Positions 37,715-48,541 of a stretch of 64,000 nucleotides of DNA are shown in pieces (position 1 is the first letter of the stretch; every line of letters begins with the position of its first letter). The position numbers were made by a program, and so were the translations under genes. The notes beneath the pieces are model-generated. The model ran no database searches. It had not been told where the DNA came from and was given only the letters and a program-made list of their open reading frames with translations. The stretch is from Desulfomonilia bacterium (GTDB lineage: Bacteria > Desulfobacterota > Desulfomonilia > UBA1062), in the NCBI GenBank assembly GCA_963664325.2, contig CAXXDQ010000004.1:32001-96000 (forward strand). Reading direction: 5' to 3'.

Positions 37715-39229
37715 TCAGCAGGGTTGCGCCATAAGCTTTTTCTGAGAGAAAAACCTGGGTAGATATACCCTCATCCTTGTGCCTTTACCTACTGTGCTTT
37801 TTACACTGATATAGCCACCATGCTCTTCCATTATCATATATACCTTGGTCAGGCCAACTCCGGCACCTTTCTGCTTGGTTGTAAAAAAAGGATTGAATAG
37901 TTCTTTGATCACATCCGGTGGTATGCCTTTGCCAGTATCAATAACATCAACAACCAAATATTCAGGGTCCATTCCAATATTAATTTCAAGCAATCCATTC
38001 TCCCCCATAGTCTCACATGCATTTTTTATAAGGTTGCTAAAAGCTTCAATCATAAAATCCCTGTCAGCTTGAATATGTGACAATCCCTCAGGCGCATTCA
38101 CTACATATTTGATCCCTTGAAACGCGCCCTCGCTAAAAGTCTTCTGAATAACCTCAGCTACAACATCCCTGATATCAACCTGAACAAAAACAGGTTTGTG
38201 TATTTTCGTATAATTTACATATTCTTCTATTTCATGGATGACATTTTCAAGTCTTCTGACGTCATCCATTATATAATTAAGATAGAGTTTGGGCTCTTCC
38301 AAATCCTGTATTACATTGCTCAGCCTCCTTGAAAACCCACCAAGGGAAGTCAGTGAATTCCTTAATTCATGAGCCACCCCTTCCACGACTTTGCCCAGAG
38401 ATGCAAGTTTTTCCGTATTGATCATTCGTCTGCGCATCTCTTCGATATCGCTTAAATCCCGTACTACCACGACAATATAGTCATGGTACGGATCAATATT
38501 AATCCTGGATGCGGTCATAAATCCCGGGAAAGTACAATTATCATGTTTTTTAAACAGACATTCAACCTCATACCTTTCCAGCCCTTCATCCAGGGCGCTG
38601 TTAATTTCAGCAAAGATGTCCCGGTGTACGTTATGAAATAAAATACCGATATCCTGGCCAGTCAGGCTCCCGGTTGACCCCCAAAGCCTTATGGCGGTCG
38701 AGTTCATAAAGTCTATCCTGCCTGCGCGGTCGGCTGTAATCACGGCCTCACCAAGGGTTTCCGTGATACTGACAATGTAATTTTTTTGCGCCTCAGAAAC
38801 AGCTTTCAGCTTGATATTTTCAAGCATGAGGTCGTGTTCCTTGATCAATTTTCCAGTCAAATGGGCAAGGCCGGTAAAAGAAATAGGTTTCGTCAGGTAA
38901 TCGACTGCACCTGATTTCATGGCTGTTACAGCAACATCTTCCGAGCCTTCACCTGTCATGAAGACGACAAATGCATTCTTATCCAGGTTTCTTATTCGCT
39001 TTAACACCTCGATACCGTCCATTTCCGGCATGCGATAATCAAGAAAGACAAGGTCATGCCTTTCTCTCTCAAACATCTCAATGGCAGAAGGACCGTCATA
39101 CGCTTGATTTACCATCAACCCGTATTCTCTCAGGTAATCGGCAATTACCTGATTGACAGTTTCATCGTCGTCAATGACAAGGACTATTCTTTTTTTTGCA
39201 GGTTCGGTGATTTGATTCATATATTCCAT
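37715..39229 (-). CDS. hybrid receiver-PAS-histidine kinase (NtrB-like)
   Basis: VIDDD, FLDYRMP, PAS region, VAHELRN, NLIKNA, DTGKG, PFFTTK, GAGVGL. Confidence 0.92.
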   Translation of the reverse strand: MEYMNQITEPAKKRIVLVIDDDETVNQVIADYLREYGLMVNQAYDGPSAIEMFERERHDLVFLDYRMPEMDGIEVLKRIRNLDKNAFVVFMTGEGSEDVAVTAMKSGAVDYLTKPISFTGLAHLTGKLIKEHDLMLENIKLKAVSEAQKNYIVSITETLGEAVITADRAGRIDFMNSTAIRLWGSTGSLTGQDIGILFHNVHRDIFAEINSALDEGLERYEVECLFKKHDNCTFPGFMTASRINIDPYHDYIVVVVRDLSDIEEMRRRMINTEKLASLGKVVEGVAHELRNSLTSLGGFSRRLSNVIQDLEEPKLYLNYIMDDVRRLENVIHEIEEYVNYTKIHKPVFVQVDIRDVVAEVIQKTFSEGAFQGIKYVVNAPEGLSHIQADRDFMIEAFSNLIKNACETMGENGLLEINIGMDPEYLVVDVIDTGKGIPPDVIKELFNPFFTTKQKGAGVGLTKVYMIMEEHGGYISVKSTVGKGTRMRVYLPRFFSQKKLMAQPC

Positions 39230-39699
39230 ATATTCAGTATCTCATTACCCATGAAAGACTCTTTCACCTCATCGATATTCCGGCCTGAGGCAAGGATTAA
39301 ATCCGGTGCAATTTCGCTGAGTGGCCAGACTACAAAAGCACGTTTTTCAATTCCCGGATGAGGCAGCTGCAGACAACCGGTATTGATAAAAATATGCTCA
39401 ACCATCAGGATGTCAATATCCACTGTTCTGGGCGCATGGAAATAAGGCCTTGTACGCCCAAGTTTTCTTTCAATATCAAGACAGTTCTCCAAAAGAGCAA
39501 ACGGTCCCAAGTCGAATGAAGCCATGACAGCCAGATTCAGGTAGTTTTCCTGAATATCATTTGTTTCAACCGGTAATGACTCGTATATTGAGGATTTCTT
39601 TAATAAATTTATTTTTCTTTGTTCCAGTTCAGACAGGGCATTTCTTAGATATTTTAACCTGTCCCCGATATTTGACCCAATTAAGAGGTATCCAAGCAT
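39217..39699 (-). CDS. folK: 2-amino-4-hydroxy-6-hydroxymethyldihydropteridine diphosphokinase
   Basis: GSNIGDR, PRTVDIDIL, LPHP..RAFV. Confidence 0.93.
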   Translation of the reverse strand: MLGYLLIGSNIGDRLKYLRNALSELEQRKINLLKKSSIYESLPVETNDIQENYLNLAVMASFDLGPFALLENCLDIERKLGRTRPYFHAPRTVDIDILMVEHIFINTGCLQLPHPGIEKRAFVVWPLSEIAPDLILASGRNIDEVKESFMGNEILNIWNI

Positions 39700-40442
39700 T
39701 ATATAAGCATATTTTCAAGAGCGCCTATTCCCTCTATCTCCACACTTACCCTGTCTCCGCGATTCATGGGACCTATGCCTGAAGGCGTTCCTGTTGCGAT
39801 TATATCACCCTCATTAAGCGTCATGATATGGGAGATTGTTGAGACAAGATCAATGACTGAAAAAATAAGATTGGAAGTATTGGATGACTGCTTAATCTCA
39901 CCATTTAGGACCAGCCTTATATCAAGATTATGGGGATCGTTTATCTCCGTTTCAATATACGGGCCTATCGGACAGAAGGTGTCAAACGATTTAGCCCTTG
40001 TCCACTGTCCGTCTTTAACCTGGAGGTCGCGTGCGGTCACATCGTTAAGGCATGTATATCCCAAGATATAATCGGATGAATTCTCAGGACTGATCTTCGA
40101 GCACTGCTTTGAAATCACCACGGCAAGCTCTGCCTCATAATCCACACGTTCCGACTGTTCAGGGTAAATGATATCATCAAGGTGGCCGATGACGGCAGAG
40201 CCGGGTTTTAGAAATATGAGCGGTTCCACGGGAAGGTCAAAGCCCAGTTCTTTTGCATGGTCACGGTAATTAAGTCCTATACACACTACCTTTGAAGGCA
40301 TTACAGGAGGAAGCATCTTTTTTATTAAAATTTTTTTTCCCTGTTTTCCGGATTTTTTTTCAAAAATGTGCGGTGTGACACCATCGGTCATGCAGAAATC
40401 AACAACAAAATCATCGTGTGTAATGGCCCTGCCGATTTTCAT
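39699..40442 (-). CDS. fumarylacetoacetate hydrolase family protein
   Basis: IGLNYRDH, DYEAEL, NDVTARDLQ, KSFDTFCP, TGTPSG. Confidence 0.92.
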   Translation of the reverse strand: MKIGRAITHDDFVVDFCMTDGVTPHIFEKKSGKQGKKILIKKMLPPVMPSKVVCIGLNYRDHAKELGFDLPVEPLIFLKPGSAVIGHLDDIIYPEQSERVDYEAELAVVISKQCSKISPENSSDYILGYTCLNDVTARDLQVKDGQWTRAKSFDTFCPIGPYIETEINDPHNLDIRLVLNGEIKQSSNTSNLIFSVIDLVSTISHIMTLNEGDIIATGTPSGIGPMNRGDRVSVEIEGIGALENMLI

Positions 40443-40451
40443 GATAACCTT

Positions 40452-41252
40452 TCAGATCCCCAGCACATCGATCATTGTATAGGCGCCAGGGGCCTTTCCG
40501 GCAATCCACCTGGTCGCTGCAATCGCGCCTGCTGCAAAGTTCTCTCTTGAATGCGCCTGATGTTTGAGTTCGATCCTCTCTCCATTGCCGGCAAAATAAA
40601 CGGTATGGTCTCCAACGATATCGCCTGCCCTTACGGTTTGAATCCCTATTTCACCTTTAGGTCTTTCACCTATTATCCCATATCGTTCAAACCTTGCCTT
40701 ATCCTTCAGAGAAACTTCCCTTGCCCTGGCAACGGACTGCGCAAGCCCCAGTGCCGTCCCTGAAGGTGCATCTTTCTTAAGCCTGTGGTGGGCTTCGACT
40801 ATCTCTATGTCATAGGCATCTCCGAGAAGCCGCGTCAGTTCTTCCACCACTCTGAACATTACGTTTATGCCAATGCTCATGTTGGGAGAAAAGACAAAGG
40901 GAACCGTTCCTACATAACCCATAAGCTCGGTTTTCTGTGCATCGGATAAACCCGTAGTTCCTATCACCATGGCTTTTTTATTCTCCGATGCAATAACCAT
41001 CATCTTCAAGGTAGCCTCCGGGAAGGAAAAATCTATGATAATGTCGGCATTTTTAAATGCTGTCTGCGGGTTGTCAGAAACGACACATCCGCATCTTTGT
41101 CGGCCTACTGCAAGACCTGCATCCTCACCAATGAGCCTGTGGCCTGCTATTTCGAGCGCCCCGGCAAGTTCCATATCGGGGGCGTCGGCTATTCCTCTGG
41201 CAATGAGCATCCCCATTCTGCCGCCTATGCCAATAACACCGGCTTTAATCAC
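40452..41252 (-). CDS. dapB: 4-hydroxy-tetrahydrodipicolinate reductase
   Basis: GRMG, IGTTG, EAHHRLKKDAPSGTA. Confidence 0.96.
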   Translation of the reverse strand: MIKAGVIGIGGRMGMLIARGIADAPDMELAGALEIAGHRLIGEDAGLAVGRQRCGCVVSDNPQTAFKNADIIIDFSFPEATLKMMVIASENKKAMVIGTTGLSDAQKTELMGYVGTVPFVFSPNMSIGINVMFRVVEELTRLLGDAYDIEIVEAHHRLKKDAPSGTALGLAQSVARAREVSLKDKARFERYGIIGERPKGEIGIQTVRAGDIVGDHTVYFAGNGERIELKHQAHSRENFAAGAIAATRWIAGKAPGAYTMIDVLGI

Positions 41253-41263
41253 TGAATTACTCC

Positions 41264-42136
41264 TTAGATGCAGCCTTTCTCTTTTAATGCCATGGCCAGC
41301 TTTTCCTTGTTAGCGGGATCCATTTTGCACAGCGGCAGCTTGAATTCTTCACTCATGAATCCCATCAAAGAAAGGGCCGTCTTCACAGGGATGGGATTGG
41401 TTTCAATAAACATGGCATTATGGAACTCGATAAGGTCCAGATGAATCTCGATTGCCCTTGCTGTATCCCCTGATTCCCATGCCGTAATCAAACCCGCCAT
41501 CTTATCCGGCAGTATATTCGCCGTGACAGAAATCACCCCTTTGCCTCCGATCGAAAGCATTGGAAGTGTCAATGCGTCATCTCCGGCAAGGACAGAAAAA
41601 TCTCCCTTAGCATGCTTTATTATCTGTGATGCCAAACTCAAATCTCCGCTGGCCTCTTTAATACCGACTATCGTATCGATTTTTGACAGGGCAATGGTTG
41701 TTGCAGCCGACATATTGATACCTGTCCTTCCTGGTATGTTGTAAAGCACCATCGGAATGTCGCATGACTTGGCGATTGCCTCGAAATGGGCAAAAATACC
41801 CTTGGGTGTGGGCTTGTTGTAATAAGGGACCACGGAGAGGATGCCGTCCGCCCCGGCCTGCTTCGCATGTTTTGTCAGGCTTATCGCCTCATCGGTCGAG
41901 TTTGAGCCTGTCCCTGCAATTACCTTTACACGCCCCCCAACTTCGGCAACGGTCATATCGATTATCCGTTCATGCTCCTCGTGCGGCATGGTGGCCGATT
42001 CGCCGGTGGTACCGCATGGAACTATGCCTGACACACCGCCTGTTATAACATGCTCGATAAGCCTCTTGTAAGCCTTCTCATCTAACACGCCATCTTTAAA
42101 TGGTGTTACAATAGCTACTATAGCTCCAGAAAACAT
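41264..42136 (-). CDS. dapA: 4-hydroxy-tetrahydrodipicolinate synthase
   Basis: GTTGES, PYYNKP, YNIPGRT, GIKEASG, ETNPIPVK. Confidence 0.96.
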   Translation of the reverse strand: MFSGAIVAIVTPFKDGVLDEKAYKRLIEHVITGGVSGIVPCGTTGESATMPHEEHERIIDMTVAEVGGRVKVIAGTGSNSTDEAISLTKHAKQAGADGILSVVPYYNKPTPKGIFAHFEAIAKSCDIPMVLYNIPGRTGINMSAATTIALSKIDTIVGIKEASGDLSLASQIIKHAKGDFSVLAGDDALTLPMLSIGGKGVISVTANILPDKMAGLITAWESGDTARAIEIHLDLIEFHNAMFIETNPIPVKTALSLMGFMSEEFKLPLCKMDPANKEKLAMALKEKGCI

Positions 42137-42137
42137 T

Positions 42138-43400
42138 TTATCCCCCCACTAATTCGTCCGGTACTGTTTCGCCGGAAATCAGTTCTTCGTAAGTCTGCCT
42201 CTTCCTTACCACAAAGTATCTGTTCCCATCCACCAGGACTTCAGGGAGATGCGTCCTTGCATTGTAATTCGAACTCATCGCGAAACCGTATGCGCCTGCA
42301 CTCATCACGGCCAGCATATCTCCACGTCCCACTACGGGAAGGTCTCTGTCCTTGGCCAGAAAATCACTCGATTCGCATATCGGACCAACGACATCGGCCA
42401 TCTTTTTTTCAGCATGCTTATCAAGAAGAGGTTGGATTTCATGATAAGAGCCATAAAGAGACGGTCTTACAAGGTCATTCATTCCCGCATCGACAATGAC
42501 AAAGGTTTTTGCAGGTGTCTCTTTCCTATACTGAACCGAGGTGACAAGCACACCGATATTGCCCACGAGAACCCTTCCCGGTTCAAAAACAAGTTCCAGT
42601 CCTAGCGCCCCCACTTCATCGACAACCGCTTTAGCATAATCCGCAGGCTGCGGCGGCTCTTCAGTAGAATAAGTGATCCCGAGGCCCCCTCCAAGATCAA
42701 GGTATTTCAATGTTATGCCGTTTTCCTGAAGTTTGCCTACAAGTATTTTCAGACGGCTGGCTGCATCCTTGAAGGGTGAAATTTCTGTGAGCTGGCTTCC
42801 GATATGGCAGTCGATTCCTGCTATTTCCACAGATGTCATGTTTTTAGCCTTGAGATACTGGGCCATGGAGCCTTCAATATCTATGCCGAACTTGTTTTTT
42901 TTCATACCTGTGGAGATATAGGGATGCGTCTTGGGATCCACATCGGGATTTACGCGAATGGATATGGGGGCTTTCTTGCCCAGCATGCCCGCTCTTTGGT
43001 TGATTACGTCAAGTTCTTCGGGGCTTTCAATGTTGAACATCATTATTCCCGCCTCAAGCGCCATATCAATCTCTGCAACAGTTTTCCCGGCACCGGAATA
43101 AACTATTTTTTCTGCAGGAATACCGGCCTTTATGGCTTTGAACAGCTCTCCGCCTGAGACGATGTCCGCGCCAAGCCCCTGTGAAGCCATAAAACTCAAT
43201 ATGGCCATGTTCGCATTCGATTTCATGGAAAAGCATGTCTTATGCGGTACGTCCTGTAAAGGCTGCTCAAATGCTTTTATATGCCGTTTCAATGTCGGCA
43301 GGCTGTAGCAGTAGAAGGGAGTCCCCACATCGGCGGCTATATCCGAAAGTCTTATATCGCCGCAGTACAGTTCATTTTTTTTGTAAGAATAATCGTGCAT
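42138..43400 (-). CDS. lysA: diaminopimelate decarboxylase
   Basis: SMKSN, HIGSQ, DLGGG, EPGR, GPICESSD, GAYG. Confidence 0.96.
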   Translation of the reverse strand: MHDYSYKKNELYCGDIRLSDIAADVGTPFYCYSLPTLKRHIKAFEQPLQDVPHKTCFSMKSNANMAILSFMASQGLGADIVSGGELFKAIKAGIPAEKIVYSGAGKTVAEIDMALEAGIMMFNIESPEELDVINQRAGMLGKKAPISIRVNPDVDPKTHPYISTGMKKNKFGIDIEGSMAQYLKAKNMTSVEIAGIDCHIGSQLTEISPFKDAASRLKILVGKLQENGITLKYLDLGGGLGITYSTEEPPQPADYAKAVVDEVGALGLELVFEPGRVLVGNIGVLVTSVQYRKETPAKTFVIVDAGMNDLVRPSLYGSYHEIQPLLDKHAEKKMADVVGPICESSDFLAKDRDLPVVGRGDMLAVMSAGAYGFAMSSNYNARTHLPEVLVDGNRYFVVRKRQTYEELISGETVPDELVGG

Positions 43401-43429
43401 CTTTCAAACCTTCCTTTCCAAAAATATAA

Positions 43430-43849
43430 TCATTTGCAATACACCCTGGCAGGGGTCGACCATCTGACATCGCCCTTCTCAAGAAGGATCCTGTAAACCA
43501 TGCAAGGGTCCTCCGGTTTTTCATCCCTCAATATGACGGTACCTTTGGAGGTATGTACTGTATTTTTTTTGATCAGATCATCTTCGCATTGCGGACATAT
43601 CCCCTGTGGTTTGCCAAGAAGTGAAATGTCGGCGTCATCTGTATTAATCCTCGCCTTGATCACAATTGCTGCACCGTCTGTTTTGACTGACTGGATTACT
43701 ACGGGCAAATCCGCAACGGGCGGCAACGGCTGAAGCTTCCGTCCGCAGGCCGGAAGGGCAAAGGCAGAAATGATAAGCAGGCAGGCCAAATGTTTGCTTC
43801 TTAAACCGCCTGTTATTCCGAACGTGCTTTTATTGAAAGTCATATCCAT
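43430..43849 (-). CDS. small lipoprotein with LptM/LppL-like N-terminus and a CxxC motif
   Basis: Lipobox LPAC followed by GRKLQPLPP; CPQC; directly upstream of lysA. Confidence 0.65.
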   Translation of the reverse strand: MDMTFNKSTFGITGGLRSKHLACLLIISAFALPACGRKLQPLPPVADLPVVIQSVKTDGAAIVIKARINTDDADISLLGKPQGICPQCEDDLIKKNTVHTSKGTVILRDEKPEDPCMVYRILLEKGDVRWSTPARVYCK

Positions 43850-43871
43850 ACTCTATGTATTACAAATGGAA

Positions 43872-45257
43872 TCAGTTTTTCATTTTTTCAAGGAGCCGCT
43901 TGGCTTTTTTTATCGAATCTCTGACATTTTTTCTTGCAGTACCACCAAAGCTTTTTCTGCGGTCAACCGAAGAAGACGGTTTGACATATTCAAGCACATC
44001 GTTGCCGAACATGTCTGAAAACGATCTGTAGTCTTCCATTCCCATTTCAGCAATTGTCCTTCCGGTACCTATCAGCCATGAGATTATTCGGCCGGTAATG
44101 TTGTGGGCATCCCTGAATGGCATCCCCTTTGAAGCGAGGTAATCTGCAATATCAGTTGCTGTTATGAATCCCTTTTCCAGTGCTGCTTCGGCGACTTCTT
44201 TTTTTACCTCAACACCTTTAATCAGTCCTGTCATGAGGACAATGGATGACATTGTGGTATCTATGGAATCAAAAACAGGCGGCTTGTCCTCCTGCATGTC
44301 TTTGTTGTATGCAAGCGGAAGTCCTTTCATAAGCGTCAGAAGGCTGATCAGGTTTCCATACGTCCTGCCGGTTTTACCTCTGACAAGCTCTGCGACGTCA
44401 GGGTTCTTCTTCTGCGGCATAATGGAACTTCCGGTAGTATAGCTGTCAGGAAGCTCGACAAGTCCATAGGTTTGAGAATTCCATATTATGATCTCTTCTG
44501 CAAGACGGCTCAAGTGCATCATGATCAGACTACAGACATACGCAGCATCCAGGGCAAAATCCCTGTCGCTGACTGCATCCATTGAGTTCCTGGCAGGCCA
44601 GTCAAAACCGAGTTTCGCTGCTGTTTGGAACCTGTCTATCGGGTGCGGTGTCCCTGCAAGGGCTGCCGCTCCAAGTGGTGAGACATTCATGTGCTTGAGC
44701 GAATCATCGATTCGGGCAACATCCCTTGCCGCCATTTCGAAATAAGCCAAGAGATGGTGTCCGAAGCTTATAGGCTGTGCAAACTGCAAATGCGTCATGC
44801 CTGGAATTATTGTATCGGTGAGTTGTGATGCCTTTTCAATAATGGCTGACATGTAATCAGTCAACACAGTACGAATTTCTTTCAGAGACTTTCTCACATG
44901 AAGTCTTAAATCAAGGGCTATCTGGTCATTGCGGCTCCTCGCGGTGTGCAGCTTTTTCCCCGCTTCTCCGACACGCTTTACAAGTTCAGTCTCGATGTTC
45001 ATGTGCACATCTTCCAGCTTGGGGTCAAATGTAAACTTGCCATCTTCGATGTCGAAGGCAATCTCTCTGAGGCCGTTTATGATAATTCCTGCCTCCTCTT
45101 CAGAGATGATACCGCAGGATGCAAGCATCATTGCATGGGCAATCGAGCCTTCGATGTCTTCATGCCAGAGCCTCTTGTCAAAACTCACGCTTTCCGTGAA
45201 TGCCTCGACTAAGGCATCCGTTTCCCCCTTGAATCTGCCTGACCAGGGTTTATCCAT
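43872..45257 (-). CDS. argH: argininosuccinate lyase
   Basis: [35 protein letters not shown]. Confidence 0.97.
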   Translation of the reverse strand: MDKPWSGRFKGETDALVEAFTESVSFDKRLWHEDIEGSIAHAMMLASCGIISEEEAGIIINGLREIAFDIEDGKFTFDPKLEDVHMNIETELVKRVGEAGKKLHTARSRNDQIALDLRLHVRKSLKEIRTVLTDYMSAIIEKASQLTDTIIPGMTHLQFAQPISFGHHLLAYFEMAARDVARIDDSLKHMNVSPLGAAALAGTPHPIDRFQTAAKLGFDWPARNSMDAVSDRDFALDAAYVCSLIMMHLSRLAEEIIIWNSQTYGLVELPDSYTTGSSIMPQKKNPDVAELVRGKTGRTYGNLISLLTLMKGLPLAYNKDMQEDKPPVFDSIDTTMSSIVLMTGLIKGVEVKKEVAEAALEKGFITATDIADYLASKGMPFRDAHNITGRIISWLIGTGRTIAEMGMEDYRSFSDMFGNDVLEYVKPSSSVDRRKSFGGTARKNVRDSIKKAKRLLEKMKN

Positions 45258-46461
45258 TTTTACTCAGAGCCCTCATCCTGAGCCTTAAGGCATTAAGCCT
45301 GATAAAGCCCTTTGCATCCTTCTGGTCATAGACCATGTCTTCGTCAAAAGTTGCCACCTCCGGGTTATAGAGCGAGTACTTTGAACGACGTCCCGTTACA
45401 ATACAATTGCCCTTGTAGAGTTTGACCCTTACGTCTCCTGTGACATTTTTCTGGCTCTCGTCAATCAGCTTCTGCAGGGCGATCCGTTCCGGGGCAAACC
45501 AGTAGCCGTAATAGACGAGATTCGCATATTTAGGCATGAGTTCATCCCTTAAATGCATGACCTCCCGGTCCATTGTGATCTGTTCGATTCCGCGATGCGC
45601 AATCTTCATTATCGTTCCGCCCGGCGTTTCGTAGCATCCTCGTGATTTCATGCCGACATATCTGTTTTCGACAATATCGACACGGCCGATTCCGTTTTCG
45701 CCGCCAAGTCCGTTCAGTTTAGCGAGCAGCGTTGCAGGTGACATTTTCTTACCGTTAATGGCGACAGGGTCGCCGTCCCTGAAGCTGATGGTTATTTCCG
45801 TGGCGTTATCCGGGGCTTTCTCGGGTGACTTTGACAGTATGTACATGTCATCATTCGGGGCATTCCATGGGTCTTCCAGAATGCCTCCTTCATAACTTAT
45901 ATGCAGCAGATTCCGGTCCATGCTGTAAGGCTTTGCCTTGGTCACCGGCACCGGTATGCCGTGTTTTTTTGCATAGTCTATCATTTTGTCCCGCGAACGA
46001 AGCTTCCATTCATCCATCTTCCATGGGGCTACCACCTTTATATGCGGATCAAGCGCCCAGAATGTTAGCTCGAAACGCACCTGGTCATTGCCCTTGCCGG
46101 TTGCGCCGTGTGCAACTGCTTCCGCCCCTTCCTTATGGGCAATTTCAATGGCCCGCTTTGCAATCAGAGGCCTGGCAAGTGATGTGCCGAGAAGGTACAG
46201 GCCTTCATAAACGACATCGGCCCTGAATGCAGGAAATACATAATCCCTGACAAATTCTTCTCTCAGGTCATCGATATACAGTTTCCTTGCTCCGGTTTTT
46301 TTCGCCTTTGCCTCAAGCCCGTCAAGCTCTTCCGCCTGTCCGAGGTCGGAACAGTAGCAGATGACTTCATAATCGAGTTCGTCCTGAAGCCATTTCAGCA
46401 TAACCGAGGTATCCAGCCCCCCCGAATACAGAAGAACAATTTTTTTCTTTGCTTTTGCCAT
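45250..46461 (-). CDS. argG: argininosuccinate synthase
   Basis: [32 protein letters not shown]. Confidence 0.97.
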   Translation of the reverse strand: MAKAKKKIVLLYSGGLDTSVMLKWLQDELDYEVICYCSDLGQAEELDGLEAKAKKTGARKLYIDDLREEFVRDYVFPAFRADVVYEGLYLLGTSLARPLIAKRAIEIAHKEGAEAVAHGATGKGNDQVRFELTFWALDPHIKVVAPWKMDEWKLRSRDKMIDYAKKHGIPVPVTKAKPYSMDRNLLHISYEGGILEDPWNAPNDDMYILSKSPEKAPDNATEITISFRDGDPVAINGKKMSPATLLAKLNGLGGENGIGRVDIVENRYVGMKSRGCYETPGGTIMKIAHRGIEQITMDREVMHLRDELMPKYANLVYYGYWFAPERIALQKLIDESQKNVTGDVRVKLYKGNCIVTGRRSKYSLYNPEVATFDEDMVYDQKDAKGFIRLNALRLRMRALSKNG

Positions 46462-46473
46462 GTGTATCTCTCC

Positions 46474-47376
46474 TTATTTATGCACTGCCAGGAAATCCAT
46501 TATGGCCTCCTGAACATATAGTCTGTTTTCCGCCTGATCCCATATAATTGACCGGGGCCCCTCAAACACATCCTCACTGACTTCCTCTTCCCTGTGGGCG
46601 GGCAGGCAGTGCATGAAAACGGCTTCGGGAAGTGCGTGAGCCATAATCTGTGAAGTTACCTTATAGCCATCAAAAGCCTCTGCCCTGTCAAGTGTTTCTT
46701 CCTCCTGACCCATACTGGCCCAGACATCCGTGTTTACCGCTATCGCACCTTTAGCCGCAAGTCCAGGATCGTTTACCAGGCTTACCCTTGCACCTTCTCT
46801 GACAGCCTTGTCCATAATCACGGCATCGGGTTCGTATCCCCTGGGGCAGGCAAGCATAAGTTCAAACCCAAGAAGGGACGCGGCATTGATCCACGAATTG
46901 GCCATGTTGAAACCGTCACCTATCCATGCAACTTTGCGGCCCTCAATACTTCCAAAACGTTCAATTATGGTAAAACAGTCAGTCAGCACCTGGCAGGGAT
47001 GGAGCAGGTCGGTCAGGGCGTTGATTACCGGTACGTCAGCATATCTGGCCATTTCCTCGACATTGGAATGAGCATAAGTCCTCATCACGATCATGTCACT
47101 GTATCGGCAAAGCACCCTGGCAGTATCTTTCAAAGGTTCTCCTCTGGCCATCTGAGATCCCCCGGATGTCAGGACTACCGGGTGACCGCCCAGTCTGGAC
47201 ACGCCGACTTCAAAAGATATCCTTGTCCGTGTAGAAGCCTTTTCAAATACAAGTACCACAGCCTTATTCTTGAGACTCTGGCTTAATTCTCCCTTTTTAA
47301 ATGCTGCGGCCTTATTGAACAGCCTTTGGATTTCTTCTTTTGTCAAATCCCTTATTGAAAGAAGGTCCCTTTTCAT
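46474..47376 (-). CDS. argF: ornithine carbamoyltransferase
   Basis: STRTR, HPCQ, DVWASMG, HCLP. Confidence 0.96.
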   Translation of the reverse strand: MKRDLLSIRDLTKEEIQRLFNKAAAFKKGELSQSLKNKAVVLVFEKASTRTRISFEVGVSRLGGHPVVLTSGGSQMARGEPLKDTARVLCRYSDMIVMRTYAHSNVEEMARYADVPVINALTDLLHPCQVLTDCFTIIERFGSIEGRKVAWIGDGFNMANSWINAASLLGFELMLACPRGYEPDAVIMDKAVREGARVSLVNDPGLAAKGAIAVNTDVWASMGQEEETLDRAEAFDGYKVTSQIMAHALPEAVFMHCLPAHREEEVSEDVFEGPRSIIWDQAENRLYVQEAIMDFLAVHK

Positions 47377-48536
47377 AATCCTTTTTCCTTCAATATCTCA
47401 TCGATTAAAGAAACCGCCATGTCAATCTCGGATTCTGTTATCACTATCGGAGGTACAAGCCTTATTATCCTGTCGTTTATTACATTCAGAAGTATTCCCT
47501 TATCAAGCCCCGCCTGCGTTAAAAAACCAATATCCGAACCGAATTCAGCGCCGATCATAAGGCCTTTCCCCCGGATTTCAACCAATGCGGGATGCGCTTT
47601 CTGTAATTCTGCAAGCCTGCCGTTAAGGCAGGCTCCCATCTTCATGCTGCGTGACGGCATATCCTCATTTACCATCACCTCCAAGGTTGCAAGCCCGGCA
47701 GCCATTGCAAGGGGGTTACCGCCAAAAGTCGATGCATGCGTTCCGGGAACAAACACCTCAGCAATTTGGGGTCTGGCTATAATAGCCCCGGCAGGGAATC
47801 CGTTGGCAAAGGCCTTTGCCATGGTCATAATATCCGGTGTTATATCCTCGTGCATGTAGGCAAACAGCTTTCCTGTCCTTGAAAAACCGGTCTGCACTTC
47901 GTCCAGGGACAGAACGATGCCGTTTTCATCGCATAGTTCCCTGAGCGCCTTCAGATAGCCCGCAGGCGGTACCTGTATTCCGCTTTCCCCTTGTATCGGC
48001 TCAACCATTATACCGCCTATGGAATCGTCAAGGACTGCCTTGACTGCCTCAATGCTGCCGTATTCAACATGGACGAAGCCTTCTGTAACAGGATCAAATC
48101 CGTTCTTGAACTTGACCTGGCCTGTTGCTGCAACAGTTGTTATGGTCCTGCCGTGAAAGGAACCCGAGCATGTGATGATTCTCGGTCCACGCTTGCTCTT
48201 ATCCCGTGAATAACGCCTTATGAGCTTTATTGCGCCTTCGTTTGCCTCTGCCCCGGAATTACAGAAAAATACTTTTCCCTTAAATGTGTTTTTTGAAAGC
48301 ATCTCCGCAAGCCTCTCCTGTACCGGTATGCGGTACAGGTTGGAACAGTGGAACAGGGTTTCGGCTTGAAACTGAAGTGCCCTGACAACTGCCGGGTGGC
48401 AGTGACCCAGGTTGCAGACCGCAATGCCTGCGACCATATCCAGGTATTCTTTGCCGGTATCATCCGTGACCCGGCAGCCATTTCCTTTAACTAGACTTAC
48501 CGGCAGCCTTGCCGGTGTACTCATCAGATATTCCAC
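47373..48536 (-). CDS. argD: acetylornithine aminotransferase
   Basis: NSGAEANE, FHGRT, DEVQTG, TMAK, STFGGNP; within the arg operon. Confidence 0.94.
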   Translation of the reverse strand: MEYLMSTPARLPVSLVKGNGCRVTDDTGKEYLDMVAGIAVCNLGHCHPAVVRALQFQAETLFHCSNLYRIPVQERLAEMLSKNTFKGKVFFCNSGAEANEGAIKLIRRYSRDKSKRGPRIITCSGSFHGRTITTVAATGQVKFKNGFDPVTEGFVHVEYGSIEAVKAVLDDSIGGIMVEPIQGESGIQVPPAGYLKALRELCDENGIVLSLDEVQTGFSRTGKLFAYMHEDITPDIMTMAKAFANGFPAGAIIARPQIAEVFVPGTHASTFGGNPLAMAAGLATLEVMVNEDMPSRSMKMGACLNGRLAELQKAHPALVEIRGKGLMIGAEFGSDIGFLTQAGLDKGILLNVINDRIIRLVPPIVITESEIDMAVSLIDEILKEKGL

Positions 48537-48541
48537 TCGTT

